Below are positions 55,545 through 63,283 of a stretch of 64,000 nt of DNA, piece after piece (position 1 is the first letter of the stretch; each line of letters begins with the position of its first letter). This DNA comes from Sphaerochaetaceae bacterium (lineage in GTDB: Bacteria > Spirochaetota > Spirochaetia > Sphaerochaetales > Sphaerochaetaceae). The DNA lies in the NCBI GenBank assembly GCA_024405015.1, contig JAKSPE010000005.1:36149-100148 (forward strand), given 5' to 3'. The notes below the pieces were generated by a model. It searched no databases, was not told where the DNA came from, and worked only from the letters and a program-made list of their open reading frames with translations. Position numbers and translations under genes: made by a program.

Positions 55545-56095
55545 TGTCAGCTAAGGAAGTTATCGCAATCATGTTTGCCTGCATTCTCGCAAACAACTAC
55601 GTATTCCAGAATTTCTTCGGTGTTGAGGCTGTCGCTCTCGATTCTGAGAAGGGTATCAAGTGCATGCTCTTCAACGGACTCACAGTCACAGCAGTCCTCA
55701 TCGTCTCCACACTCATCACATGGCCAATCAACGCCATGCTCGCCAGTGCAAGCTACCTTCAGACACTTGTCTTCGCAATCGTCACAACAGCTGTTGTCTA
55801 CGTTGCAGACTTCGTCGCCAAGAAGGTTTGCAAAGAGAACAAGTGTTCTGTCCTTTCCATCGCCATCAACAGCGTCGTCATGGGTGCATGCCTTGTAAAC
55901 GCTGCTAACGGTTACGGATTTGGAACTTCTGTTCTTGCATCTGTCGGTGTCGGACTCGGATACCTTCTGGCAACATTCGTTGTCGCTGGTGTCAGAGAAA
56001 GAGTCAATGAGAAGTTCATTCCAAAGGCATGGAGAGGCGCTCCAATCCTTGCTGCTGAGATGGCTATCATCGCTCTTACACTGTTCGCTCTCTGA
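55544..56095 (+). CDS. rnfA: Rnf complex subunit A
   Basis: ILANNYVFQNFFG... is an RnfA/NqrE-like six-TM protein. Its start overlaps the rnfE stop (ATGA). Confidence 0.85.
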   Translation: MSAKEVIAIMFACILANNYVFQNFFGVEAVALDSEKGIKCMLFNGLTVTAVLIVSTLITWPINAMLASASYLQTLVFAIVTTAVVYVADFVAKKVCKENKCSVLSIAINSVVMGACLVNAANGYGFGTSVLASVGVGLGYLLATFVVAGVRERVNEKFIPKAWRGAPILAAEMAIIALTLFAL

Positions 56096-56469
56096 TGAAG
56101 AGTACTAGCAAAAAGGCACGGATCCTGAGGGATCTGTGCCTGATTTTTGCATTGGTCATCCTTGGTTTGGCTTCTCTTGTGATCATGCGAAGCCGAGGAA
56201 CCGAGGGTGCCTATGCGATTGTGCAGGTCAATGGCATTGAGATTTCACGCCATTCCTTGCATATGGAAGGAACAATTCCAGTAAACGGTGGTACCAATCT
56301 CCTGGAGATCAAGGGAAACCGTGCAAGACTTGTTGATGCAGATTGTCCGGACAAGCTCTGTGTGAGACAGGGTTGGATCCAGTACACCGGACAGTGCATC
56401 ACCTGCCTCCCGAACAAACTTACTGTTACGATTTCGGGTGGCGACGATTCAGTTGAACTGATTCTGTAG
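56095..56469 (+). CDS. NusG domain II-containing protein (DUF1312)
   Basis: N-terminal TM helix, then ...VDADCPDKLCVRQGWI...CITCLPNKL, typical of DUF1312/NusG_II. Confidence 0.8.
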   Translation: MKSTSKKARILRDLCLIFALVILGLASLVIMRSRGTEGAYAIVQVNGIEISRHSLHMEGTIPVNGGTNLLEIKGNRARLVDADCPDKLCVRQGWIQYTGQCITCLPNKLTVTISGGDDSVELIL

Positions 56470-56477
56470 AGGAATAG

Positions 56478-57008
56478 ATGGAAACGAGAAAGATCGCACA
56501 GATGGGACTTCTGATTGCCCTGGCAATGATCCTGTCCTATGTGGAAAGCAGAATACCAGCCTTTGTGGCCATACCTGGAATCAAGATGGGTCTGGCAAAC
56601 ATTGTCGTGGTTTTCGCTTTGTACCGACTGGGGTTCAAAGAGGCTCTTGTCATCACAGCGCTTCGAGTCGTTTTGGCATCTCTGCTTTTCGGATCGGTTC
56701 TTTCCATGGCCTATTCGGCCTCTGGAGCACTGCTTTCACTTGTCGGAATGACACTTCTGAAGAAAAGCAGACTTTTCGGTACGGTTGCGGTCAGCGTAAC
56801 AGGTGGAGTGCTTCATAATCTTGGACAGATTGCCACAGCTTGTCTCATCCTTGAGACCAATGCAATTGCATATTACATACCGTTTCTCATCATCAGCGGT
56901 GTTGTCACAGGAATTGTAATCGGCTTGGCTGCAGCTATAGTGATCAACAGACTCGATCCTGACAGAAAGGTCAAGGACGACGAGGAAGATGATGAAGAAG
57001 GAGTATGA
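56478..57008 (+). CDS. Gx transporter family protein (Hpre_diP_synt_I; ECF S-component-like clan)
   Basis: RKIAQMGLLIALAMILSYVE...IPG.K.GLANIV.......G is typical of PF07456. It has an acidic C-terminal tail. Confidence 0.8.
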   Translation: METRKIAQMGLLIALAMILSYVESRIPAFVAIPGIKMGLANIVVVFALYRLGFKEALVITALRVVLASLLFGSVLSMAYSASGALLSLVGMTLLKKSRLFGTVAVSVTGGVLHNLGQIATACLILETNAIAYYIPFLIISGVVTGIVIGLAAAIVINRLDPDRKVKDDEEDDEEGV

Positions 57009-57460
57009 AAATGGCTGAAGATAAGTTTTCACCAACCGGAATGAACGGAAAAGACAAGAACTTCTCACCAAAGTTCTTTGAGACAGAAGGCAAGATGGGT
57101 GCTTTCCAGAAGGGAATGCACTGGGTAACCTCTGTTCTTGAGACAATCCTTGCAATTGTGCTTGTTCTTGGTATTCTGTTCTCATTCGTACAGATGCCTG
57201 AAAAGCTTCTGGACATCATCAGCGGTGGTTCCAGCACATTGCTTGAGCTTGTCGAGTACATTGCTCTCATCATCATCGCCATCGAGCTCATCCATGTGAT
57301 CATGGTGCAGAACCTCGATTCCGTCATTGAGATTCTCATGATGGCATTTACTCGAGAACTTGTCATCAAGGAGTGGGCTATGTGGGAGCTTCTGCTTGGT
57401 GTTCTCGTCATTGCCGGACTTTTCGCCATCAAGAAATATCTGCTCAGCAAGGAAGATTGA
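57005..57460 (+). CDS. PsiE-like (phosphate-starvation-inducible E family) membrane protein
   Basis: Four-helix membrane protein. LLELVEYIALIIIAIELIHVI resembles the PsiE family. It overlaps the upstream stop (ATGA). Confidence 0.6.
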   Translation: MKMAEDKFSPTGMNGKDKNFSPKFFETEGKMGAFQKGMHWVTSVLETILAIVLVLGILFSFVQMPEKLLDIISGGSSTLLELVEYIALIIIAIELIHVIMVQNLDSVIEILMMAFTRELVIKEWAMWELLLGVLVIAGLFAIKKYLLSKED

Positions 57461-57468
57461 CATCTGCA

Positions 57469-58326
57469 ATGCCACTGATTGAAGTCGACAATGTAACATT
57501 CTCATACCCTGCCAAAGATGGTGGGGTCAATGCACTGACCGGTCTGAACCTGAAGGTTGAGGCCGGTTCGTTTGTTACTGTCCTCGGCTCAAACGGAAGC
57601 GGAAAGTCCACGTTGGGAAAGCTTCTGAATGCTCTTCTTGTCCCACAGAGCGGACGCGTGGTTGTCGATGGTCTTTGCTCTTCTGACAAGGCCAATGTAT
57701 ATGAGATCCGAAAAAGGGTGGGAATCGTATTCCAGAATCCGGACAACCAGATTGTCGCAGATACAGTGGAAGACGACGTTGCTTTCGGGCCTGAGAACAT
57801 TGGTCTTGCACTTGATCAGATGAAGGTTCGCATCGCTGACAGCCTTGCATCTACTGGCATCTCTGACCTTGCTTTGACTAAGCCGGAAAAGCTTTCCGGA
57901 GGCCAGAAACAGCGAGTTGCCATCGCAGGTGTCATGGCGCTGGAGCCGAAGTGCATCGTTTTGGATGAGTCCACATCCATGCTCGATCCAAAGGGTAGGA
58001 CAGAGGTCCTAGGTGCCATCCAGAAACTTCGAATGGAGAAGGGTATCGCTGTGATTCTCATTACCCATTACATGGAGGAGGCCGTGGATGCCGACTATGT
58101 CTATGTTCTGGATAAGGGAAGTGTGGCGTTGGAAGGAACGCCTTCTGAGGTGTTTTCCGATGCAGATACTCTGGAAGCCCTTGGCCTTGAACTTCCTCCT
58201 GCTGTTAAAGTATGGCAGATGCTTCGTGCAAAAGGGGTTGTCGTTTCCGTCCCTGTTCTGACCGAAGAGGACCTGGTCTCTGCGCTTTCCAAGCTGATGC
58301 GTCAGAAAGGGGGTGCCTCATGCTGA
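57469..58326 (+). CDS. ecfA1: ECF transporter ATPase component
   Basis: GSNGSGKSTL, LSGGQKQRVAIAG and LDESTSMLD motifs. The N-terminus (LIEVDNVTFSY) is EcfA1-like. Confidence 0.85.
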   Translation: MPLIEVDNVTFSYPAKDGGVNALTGLNLKVEAGSFVTVLGSNGSGKSTLGKLLNALLVPQSGRVVVDGLCSSDKANVYEIRKRVGIVFQNPDNQIVADTVEDDVAFGPENIGLALDQMKVRIADSLASTGISDLALTKPEKLSGGQKQRVAIAGVMALEPKCIVLDESTSMLDPKGRTEVLGAIQKLRMEKGIAVILITHYMEEAVDADYVYVLDKGSVALEGTPSEVFSDADTLEALGLELPPAVKVWQMLRAKGVVVSVPVLTEEDLVSALSKLMRQKGGASC

Positions 58327-59078
58327 AGGATGTGACCCTCGGACGCTACTATCCAATCGAATCTCCACTTCATGAGCTGGATCCTAGAACCAAGATGGTT
58401 GCGATTCTCATTTACATTGTGACCACCTTTCTTGCCTCTACACCAATTACCTGTGCACTGACATTTCTTGTTCTTTGTCTTCTGATCCACCTTTCCAAAG
58501 TGCCGGTACGATACATGGTCAAAGGTCTCCGGGCGGTAGTCATCATTGTTGTGATTACTGATCTGATCAACATTTTCTTTGTGGAGAATGGCCTTTGGAA
58601 GGCTTTCATTGTGACGCTTCGAATGATTGAGATTGTCCTTGGTTCGAACATCCTTTCCCTTACCACTAAGCCTAAAACCATGGCAGCCGGAATCGAGAAA
58701 GGCTTGGGCTGGATGAAGAGACTCCATGTTCCAGTGCACGATTTTGCCACAATGATCTCCATTGCCTTCCGTTTCCTTCCGATTCTGACGCAGGAAGCCG
58801 ACAAGGTCATGGAAGCCCAGAAGGCACGTGGTGCTGATTTTGAAAGCGGAAATCTGCTGCGTCGAGCAAAGGCTCTGATGCCGATCCTGATTCCTCTGTT
58901 TGTGTCCGCATTCCGAAGAGCAGATGAACTTGCGCTTGCTATGGATAGCCGTCTCTATGGTTCTGGAGAGCCTACCAGTTTGCACCCTCTGAAGTACAAC
59001 ACCTCCGATGGCGTTTCCTATCTTCTTGCTTTTGCCTACCTGGCACTGGTGATTGTTCTCAAGGTGGTGCATGTATGA
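58320..59078 (+). CDS. ecfT: ECF transporter transmembrane (T) component
   Basis: LGRYYP..SPLH.LDPR.K and A...ARG are EcfT/CbiQ motifs. It overlaps both flanking ATPase genes. Confidence 0.85.
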   Translation: MLKDVTLGRYYPIESPLHELDPRTKMVAILIYIVTTFLASTPITCALTFLVLCLLIHLSKVPVRYMVKGLRAVVIIVVITDLINIFFVENGLWKAFIVTLRMIEIVLGSNILSLTTKPKTMAAGIEKGLGWMKRLHVPVHDFATMISIAFRFLPILTQEADKVMEAQKARGADFESGNLLRRAKALMPILIPLFVSAFRRADELALAMDSRLYGSGEPTSLHPLKYNTSDGVSYLLAFAYLALVIVLKVVHV

Positions 59079-59890
59079 TTGAAATCAGAGATCTTTGCTA
59101 CCGTTACGATGTAGGTACCCCTTTTGAGAAGGTCGCTGTGCAGAATGTGTCATTCACCATTGAGGATGGAGCATTTCTTGGTATCGCTGGAAGCACAGGA
59201 AGCGGAAAGTCCACACTCATCAAACATCTGAATGGTCTACTTAGGCCGACATCCGGTACGGTTCTGCTCAATGGAGAGGATATCTTCGCATCGACCTATG
59301 ATCGAATCGCCCTTCGTGGAAAAGTGGGTCTTGTGTTTCAGTATCCGGAGTACCAGCTCTTTGAGGAGACTGTCCTTCGCGATGTGATGTTTGGTCCTAA
59401 GAACATGGGACTTTCCGACAAGGATGCAAAGCAGAGAGCAAAGGATGCCCTTTCGCTTGTCGGTCTTGGCAAAGAGTATTACAAAAGATCTCCATTTGCC
59501 CTCTCTGGAGGTGAAAAGCGCAGAGTCGCAATTGCTGGAATGCTTGCCATGCAGCCGCAGGTTCTGGTTCTTGATGAACCTGCAGCTGGTCTTGATCCGA
59601 GAATGCACAACGAAATCTTCAGCCTTCTGAAGCGTCTGAACGAAGAGGGTACCACCATCGTTGTCGTGTCTCACAGCATGGAAGACATTGCCCAGTATTG
59701 CACCACAATGGCTCTTATGGACAACGGAAGGCTTGTGGACTTTGGAAAACCTGCAGAGGTGTTCGCCAAAGACCATGTGTCCAAGCCTTTTGCTGCAAGA
59801 GTTGCCCAGATGCTTGGTGACTTCGGTTGTGATCTTTCCGGCGTCTGCACCATTGAGGATCTTGTGGAGCGAATCTGCAAAGAGATGTGA
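59075..59890 (+). CDS. ecfA2: ECF transporter ATPase component
   Basis: Y..GTPFEK.A...VSF.IE.G.F.GI.G.TGSGKSTLI.HLNGLL.PTSG is EcfA2-like, with LSGGEKRRVAIAG. Confidence 0.85.
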   Translation: MIEIRDLCYRYDVGTPFEKVAVQNVSFTIEDGAFLGIAGSTGSGKSTLIKHLNGLLRPTSGTVLLNGEDIFASTYDRIALRGKVGLVFQYPEYQLFEETVLRDVMFGPKNMGLSDKDAKQRAKDALSLVGLGKEYYKRSPFALSGGEKRRVAIAGMLAMQPQVLVLDEPAAGLDPRMHNEIFSLLKRLNEEGTTIVVVSHSMEDIAQYCTTMALMDNGRLVDFGKPAEVFAKDHVSKPFAARVAQMLGDFGCDLSGVCTIEDLVERICKEM

Positions 59891-59903
59891 ATCTTCAAGT
59901 GGG

Positions 59904-60698
59904 TCAAAGGAAATGCTCTTTGATGAACTGCATCAGGTATTCTTCGTTCAACGGATGTTTTCGTGATTCAAAGGTCATTACCAGGTTTTTTCCGGAAATA
60001 ATTCCCTTTTTTGCGTAGAGCTCAATTTTCCTAAGAAAACTTTTGTCGACGTAATCTTCGTCATCCAACCTTCCAAAGTGCTCATAGACGTATTCCTTTC
60101 CTGTTCGAACATTCAAAACAAGGAAATCTGGATACAATCGTTCGTCTTCAACAGTGATTGGGTATTCAAATATGTATGGGATTCTGAGATCCTCGAATAT
60201 GTTGACAATGATTTCTTCTGTCTTTGATCTTACTCTAAGTCCGTTTCTTGCAACTATGACTCTTTCGTCAAAGGCGAAACCAAGCTTTCTGTAAGGAGGC
60301 CGTGTCTTCCACTTTTCGATGTCTGTGGCGGAGATGGATGTCTTCGTCACATATTCTCTGCGAATAGCAGATAAGTTGTCATAGATATCTTCAGGATCTT
60401 GGCAACGGCTCAATAGCTTAATGCACTTTTGAAGTTCAATGACAGTCTTCTTTGAACAATTGATGACAGAATCATCGTAATCCTGTTGAGCAAGAGCTTT
60501 GATGGTGTTGATTTTAGATTTGGGGAGGTATGTGCCATTTGTTTTGGCAGGATCATTTTTCCAATAGAATCTTACAATTCCTTTTTCGTTTCTGACACTC
60601 AAAGACCCTGGAATTCGACTTGTCTGCTTCTTGTTGATGAATTCAGACAGCTTCTCACAATACTTTTCGATTATTTCAACAATGTATGATGTTCTCAT
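59904..60698 (-). CDS. PD-(D/E)xK superfamily nuclease-like protein (TnsA-N/Vsr-like core), orphan
   Basis: RSKTEEII....L.IPY..EYP......LYPDFLVLN....KEYVYEHFG has an E...PD...E.. arrangement like TnsA_N or DUF559-type endonucleases. The start is set at MRTSY (60696-60698). Confidence 0.55.
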   Translation of the reverse strand: MRTSYIVEIIEKYCEKLSEFINKKQTSRIPGSLSVRNEKGIVRFYWKNDPAKTNGTYLPKSKINTIKALAQQDYDDSVINCSKKTVIELQKCIKLLSRCQDPEDIYDNLSAIRREYVTKTSISATDIEKWKTRPPYRKLGFAFDERVIVARNGLRVRSKTEEIIVNIFEDLRIPYIFEYPITVEDERLYPDFLVLNVRTGKEYVYEHFGRLDDEDYVDKSFLRKIELYAKKGIISGKNLVMTFESRKHPLNEEYLMQFIKEHFL

Positions 60699-60713
60699 GC
60701 CAACTATATACCA
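60696..60713 (-). promoter_or_regulatory. extended -10 promoter abutting the start codon (candidate leaderless mRNA)
   Basis: The minus strand reads TGgTATATA, then 6 nt (GTTGGC), then ATG. No SD is present. Confidence 0.4.
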
Positions 60714-60899
60714 GCAAACTGTCAATAATATTTTTTGTGACAGAACTTCGTGTTCTATAGATTTTCAAAAAATAAAAGAAAGCATAGTGAATGTACTATG
60801 ATTATGAAAAAAACTGGTTGAAACATGGAACAAATGAATCTGGTATCGATGAAAGTTCTATGCATTTTGGAAGAAATTGGATTTCAATAGTGAAAACAC

Positions 60900-61254
60900 T
60901 ATGATTTCGAGAAATGAGACAAAAAAAATAGAATATATGCACGGACTGTCTGATGAAATGTGTTCATGTGTATGGGTCGTGCATAGCCTGATGCATGCTT
61001 CCCTTCGGGACCGCAGCCAGCCAAAAGACGACGCCGGGCTATCCTGCCCGCGCGCTCTTGGCCCACGGCTCCTAGAAAGCACAGGCTACGCGACAACCAA
61101 TCCACAATCACACAGTTTTCGATTGTGCCAGATGCTGTGGGATGCCTGTTCAGACCAGCCTGCATGGATGGCAAGCGGCCCCTAAGCCTGGCGCGCCATC
61201 GCATGGCGTCCTGAAAGGGGTATGATCAGGCCTTACATGGCATATGCACATGAG
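60900..61254. other. GC-rich, hairpin-dense non-coding block (candidate structured RNA); its right-hand 135 nt is repeat family A copy 2
   Basis: By rough count it is about 60% GC, set against a very AT-rich flank (60730-60900). Local hairpins include CACAATC-N11-GATTGTG (61102-61126), CGGGC-TATCCT-GCCCG and CCC-UUC-GGG. The 61120-61254 part is the reverse complement match of 23988-24127. Confidence 0.5.
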
Positions 61255-61258
61255 AAAC

Positions 61259-62443
61259 TTATGCTTTTTCAATGACAAAGTTAACTAAAGCATCCCTTTC
61301 TTCAAGGGTGTCTGCTTTGATCAAAAACACATGGTTTCCGATTTCTGGGATGGCGAGCTCTGGAGCATCGATTTCCATGACGATGTGGTTTCCAAGATGG
61401 GCTCTGATTTCGTCATTTGAGTGCGTGTAGGCGATACTGTCTCTTCGTCCGATGTGGGTGACATAGTGTCGGAAGTTGCAGTCCATGAAACTTCTGTCGT
61501 AGATGATGGAATCCGCCCAGATGGTGTACACATCAGAATCGGTGGCGTAGTTCATCTGATCTGGAATCCAACCGCCTGGAACGCGCATGTTCACTTCAAG
61601 GCCGATGATGTCTCCCTTTCTGCCAAGACCTTTCTTGGAGTGGTCCATGCGGAAGAACTCAAAGTGGAAGAATCGGTTGCGCACGCCAAATTCCTTGAGA
61701 ACCGCTTCTCCTGCTTTTCTGAGGTCTGCAGGAACGCTTTCACAATGGGAGATCGATTCGGTCTGGTTTGTGACAACTTCAAGTGGTGGAATTGGCTGAT
61801 TGGAGCTCAGGGCGACAAGTATTTCACAGTTGCTGTCTGTAATGCCATCGAAGGTCACAATGTGGCCTGGGATGAACTCCTCTTCGATGAACTGGATGCC
61901 AAAGCTGTTGTTGAAAATATCAGTCAGCTGGGCTCTGTCGCGGATTTTCCAGGTGTTGGCAGCGCCGACACCTCTGTCTGGTTTGAGAATGACAGGGTAA
62001 CCGACCTCTTCGGCAAAGGCTGTGGCCTGATCCAGATTCTGAGGGAGTGCCCAGCGAGCAGTCTTGACGCCTGCTGCGGCATAGGCCTGTTTCATAAGTG
62101 ACTTGTGGGTCATGCGCTCAATGTCGGAAGGCCATGGACCGCTTGGGATGTTGAAATCCTGTCGAAGTCTTGCATCCAGTTCAAGCCAGTATTCGTTCTG
62201 GCTTTCGATGTGGGAGATTCTGCCATAGCGGGCAATGAACTGTGCGACAGCACGATAAACACTGTCGTAATCGGAAAGCTGAGGCACACAGATGTAGTCG
62301 CAAAGGCTGTCCCTACAAGCGGAAGAGAGGGAATCCCAACTTGCATCGCCGATACCAAGAACATTGACTCCACGATCTTTGAGTCGTTTTGTGAACTGGA
62401 AGTAATGGGAAGGGTAGTTTGGGGAGATGAAGATGAAATTCAT
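61259..62443 (-). CDS. ATP-grasp domain protein
   Basis: K...K......GV.T......VGYPVILKPD.GVGA and E.N.R..GG are ATP-grasp motifs. 394 aa. Confidence 0.8.
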   Translation of the reverse strand: MNFIFISPNYPSHYFQFTKRLKDRGVNVLGIGDASWDSLSSACRDSLCDYICVPQLSDYDSVYRAVAQFIARYGRISHIESQNEYWLELDARLRQDFNIPSGPWPSDIERMTHKSLMKQAYAAAGVKTARWALPQNLDQATAFAEEVGYPVILKPDRGVGAANTWKIRDRAQLTDIFNNSFGIQFIEEEFIPGHIVTFDGITDSNCEILVALSSNQPIPPLEVVTNQTESISHCESVPADLRKAGEAVLKEFGVRNRFFHFEFFRMDHSKKGLGRKGDIIGLEVNMRVPGGWIPDQMNYATDSDVYTIWADSIIYDRSFMDCNFRHYVTHIGRRDSIAYTHSNDEIRAHLGNHIVMEIDAPELAIPEIGNHVFLIKADTLEERDALVNFVIEKA

Positions 62444-62527
62444 AGGGCGCCTCTAGGAATCATGTTACTATATACAGAAAAATCGTTCAATGAATCCAAA
62501 ACCCTTTTCGTGTGCTATACTACTGGC

Positions 62528-63280
62528 ATGAAGAAAGAATATGTCAAACACCACAGCACAAGCTTGGACTATGAGATGGAAGTTGCCATCTACGGTCATG
62601 ATGGTCTTCCGATCATCGCATTTCCAACCCAGAACTCAAAAGCCAGAAACTATGAGGATTTCGGCATCGTCAATGAGATTTCCTGGGCAATCGAGAGCGG
62701 AATGGTGCAGATGTTTGTGGTTGACACAATCGATGAGCAGAGCTGGTCTTTGGAAAACGGAGAAAACAGTTGGCGAAGTGCACGACAGGAGCAGTATTTC
62801 CATTTCATCGTGGATGAACTGTATCCGTTTGTGAAGCAGAAGAACGGTACAGGGAAGCTTCCTGTCACCTATGGTTGCAGCATGGGTGCAAACCATGCGC
62901 TGAATGTGTTTCTCAGACGTCCTGAACTCTTTTCCGGCGTCCTTGCCCTGTCTGGTGTCTATGACAGCGGATGCTTCTTTCAAAACGGCTGGTGTGACCG
63001 AAACCTCTATGACAATTCCCCTGAGATGTATCTCAGAAACATGGACATGAACCATCCATACATCGATATCTACAATTCAAAGCGCATCATCATCTGCGTC
63101 GGTCAGGGTGGCTACGAGGAGCAGGGCATCCGAACACTCCGATACCTGGAAGAGACCTTCCGACTCAAGGGCATCCATGCTTGGTGTGACTTCTGGGGCT
63201 ATGATGTGAACCATGATTGGCCATGGTGGTTCAAACAGACGAATTATTTCTTGCCATATCTTTTGGGCGATCGAGACTGA
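62528..63280 (+). CDS. esterase family (alpha/beta hydrolase) protein
   Basis: GCSMGA nucleophile elbow. The start is set at MKKEYVKHH (ATG 62528); the long upstream extension is antisense to the ATP-grasp gene and was rejected. Confidence 0.7.
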   Translation: MKKEYVKHHSTSLDYEMEVAIYGHDGLPIIAFPTQNSKARNYEDFGIVNEISWAIESGMVQMFVVDTIDEQSWSLENGENSWRSARQEQYFHFIVDELYPFVKQKNGTGKLPVTYGCSMGANHALNVFLRRPELFSGVLALSGVYDSGCFFQNGWCDRNLYDNSPEMYLRNMDMNHPYIDIYNSKRIIICVGQGGYEEQGIRTLRYLEETFRLKGIHAWCDFWGYDVNHDWPWWFKQTNYFLPYLLGDRD

Positions 63281-63283
63281 CCT

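Noticed and set aside
60996-61015. SRP-RNA-like motif (minus strand GGUCCCGAAGGGAAGCAUGC versus the SRP domain IV motif GGUCCGGAAGGAAGCAGC)
   Set aside because: The loop would be a triloop rather than a GNRA tetraloop. The flanking arms are not complementary, so the long SRP helix cannot form.
60877-61204. ORFs in the GC-rich block (60877-61185 plus, 60899-61204 minus) and the 51-codon ORF 23991-24146 in the other copy
   Set aside because: Indels between the two copies break every reading frame, although a short stretch (QAGMHKHHTAC versus QAGLNRHPTAS) looks conserved. The products are Arg/Cys-rich, and neither ORF has an SD.
62105-62527. N-terminal 141-codon extension of the esterase ORF (track ORF 62105-63280)
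   Set aside because: The extension is antisense to the ATP-grasp gene 5' region. Coherent esterase-like sequence begins at MKKEYVKHH (62528).
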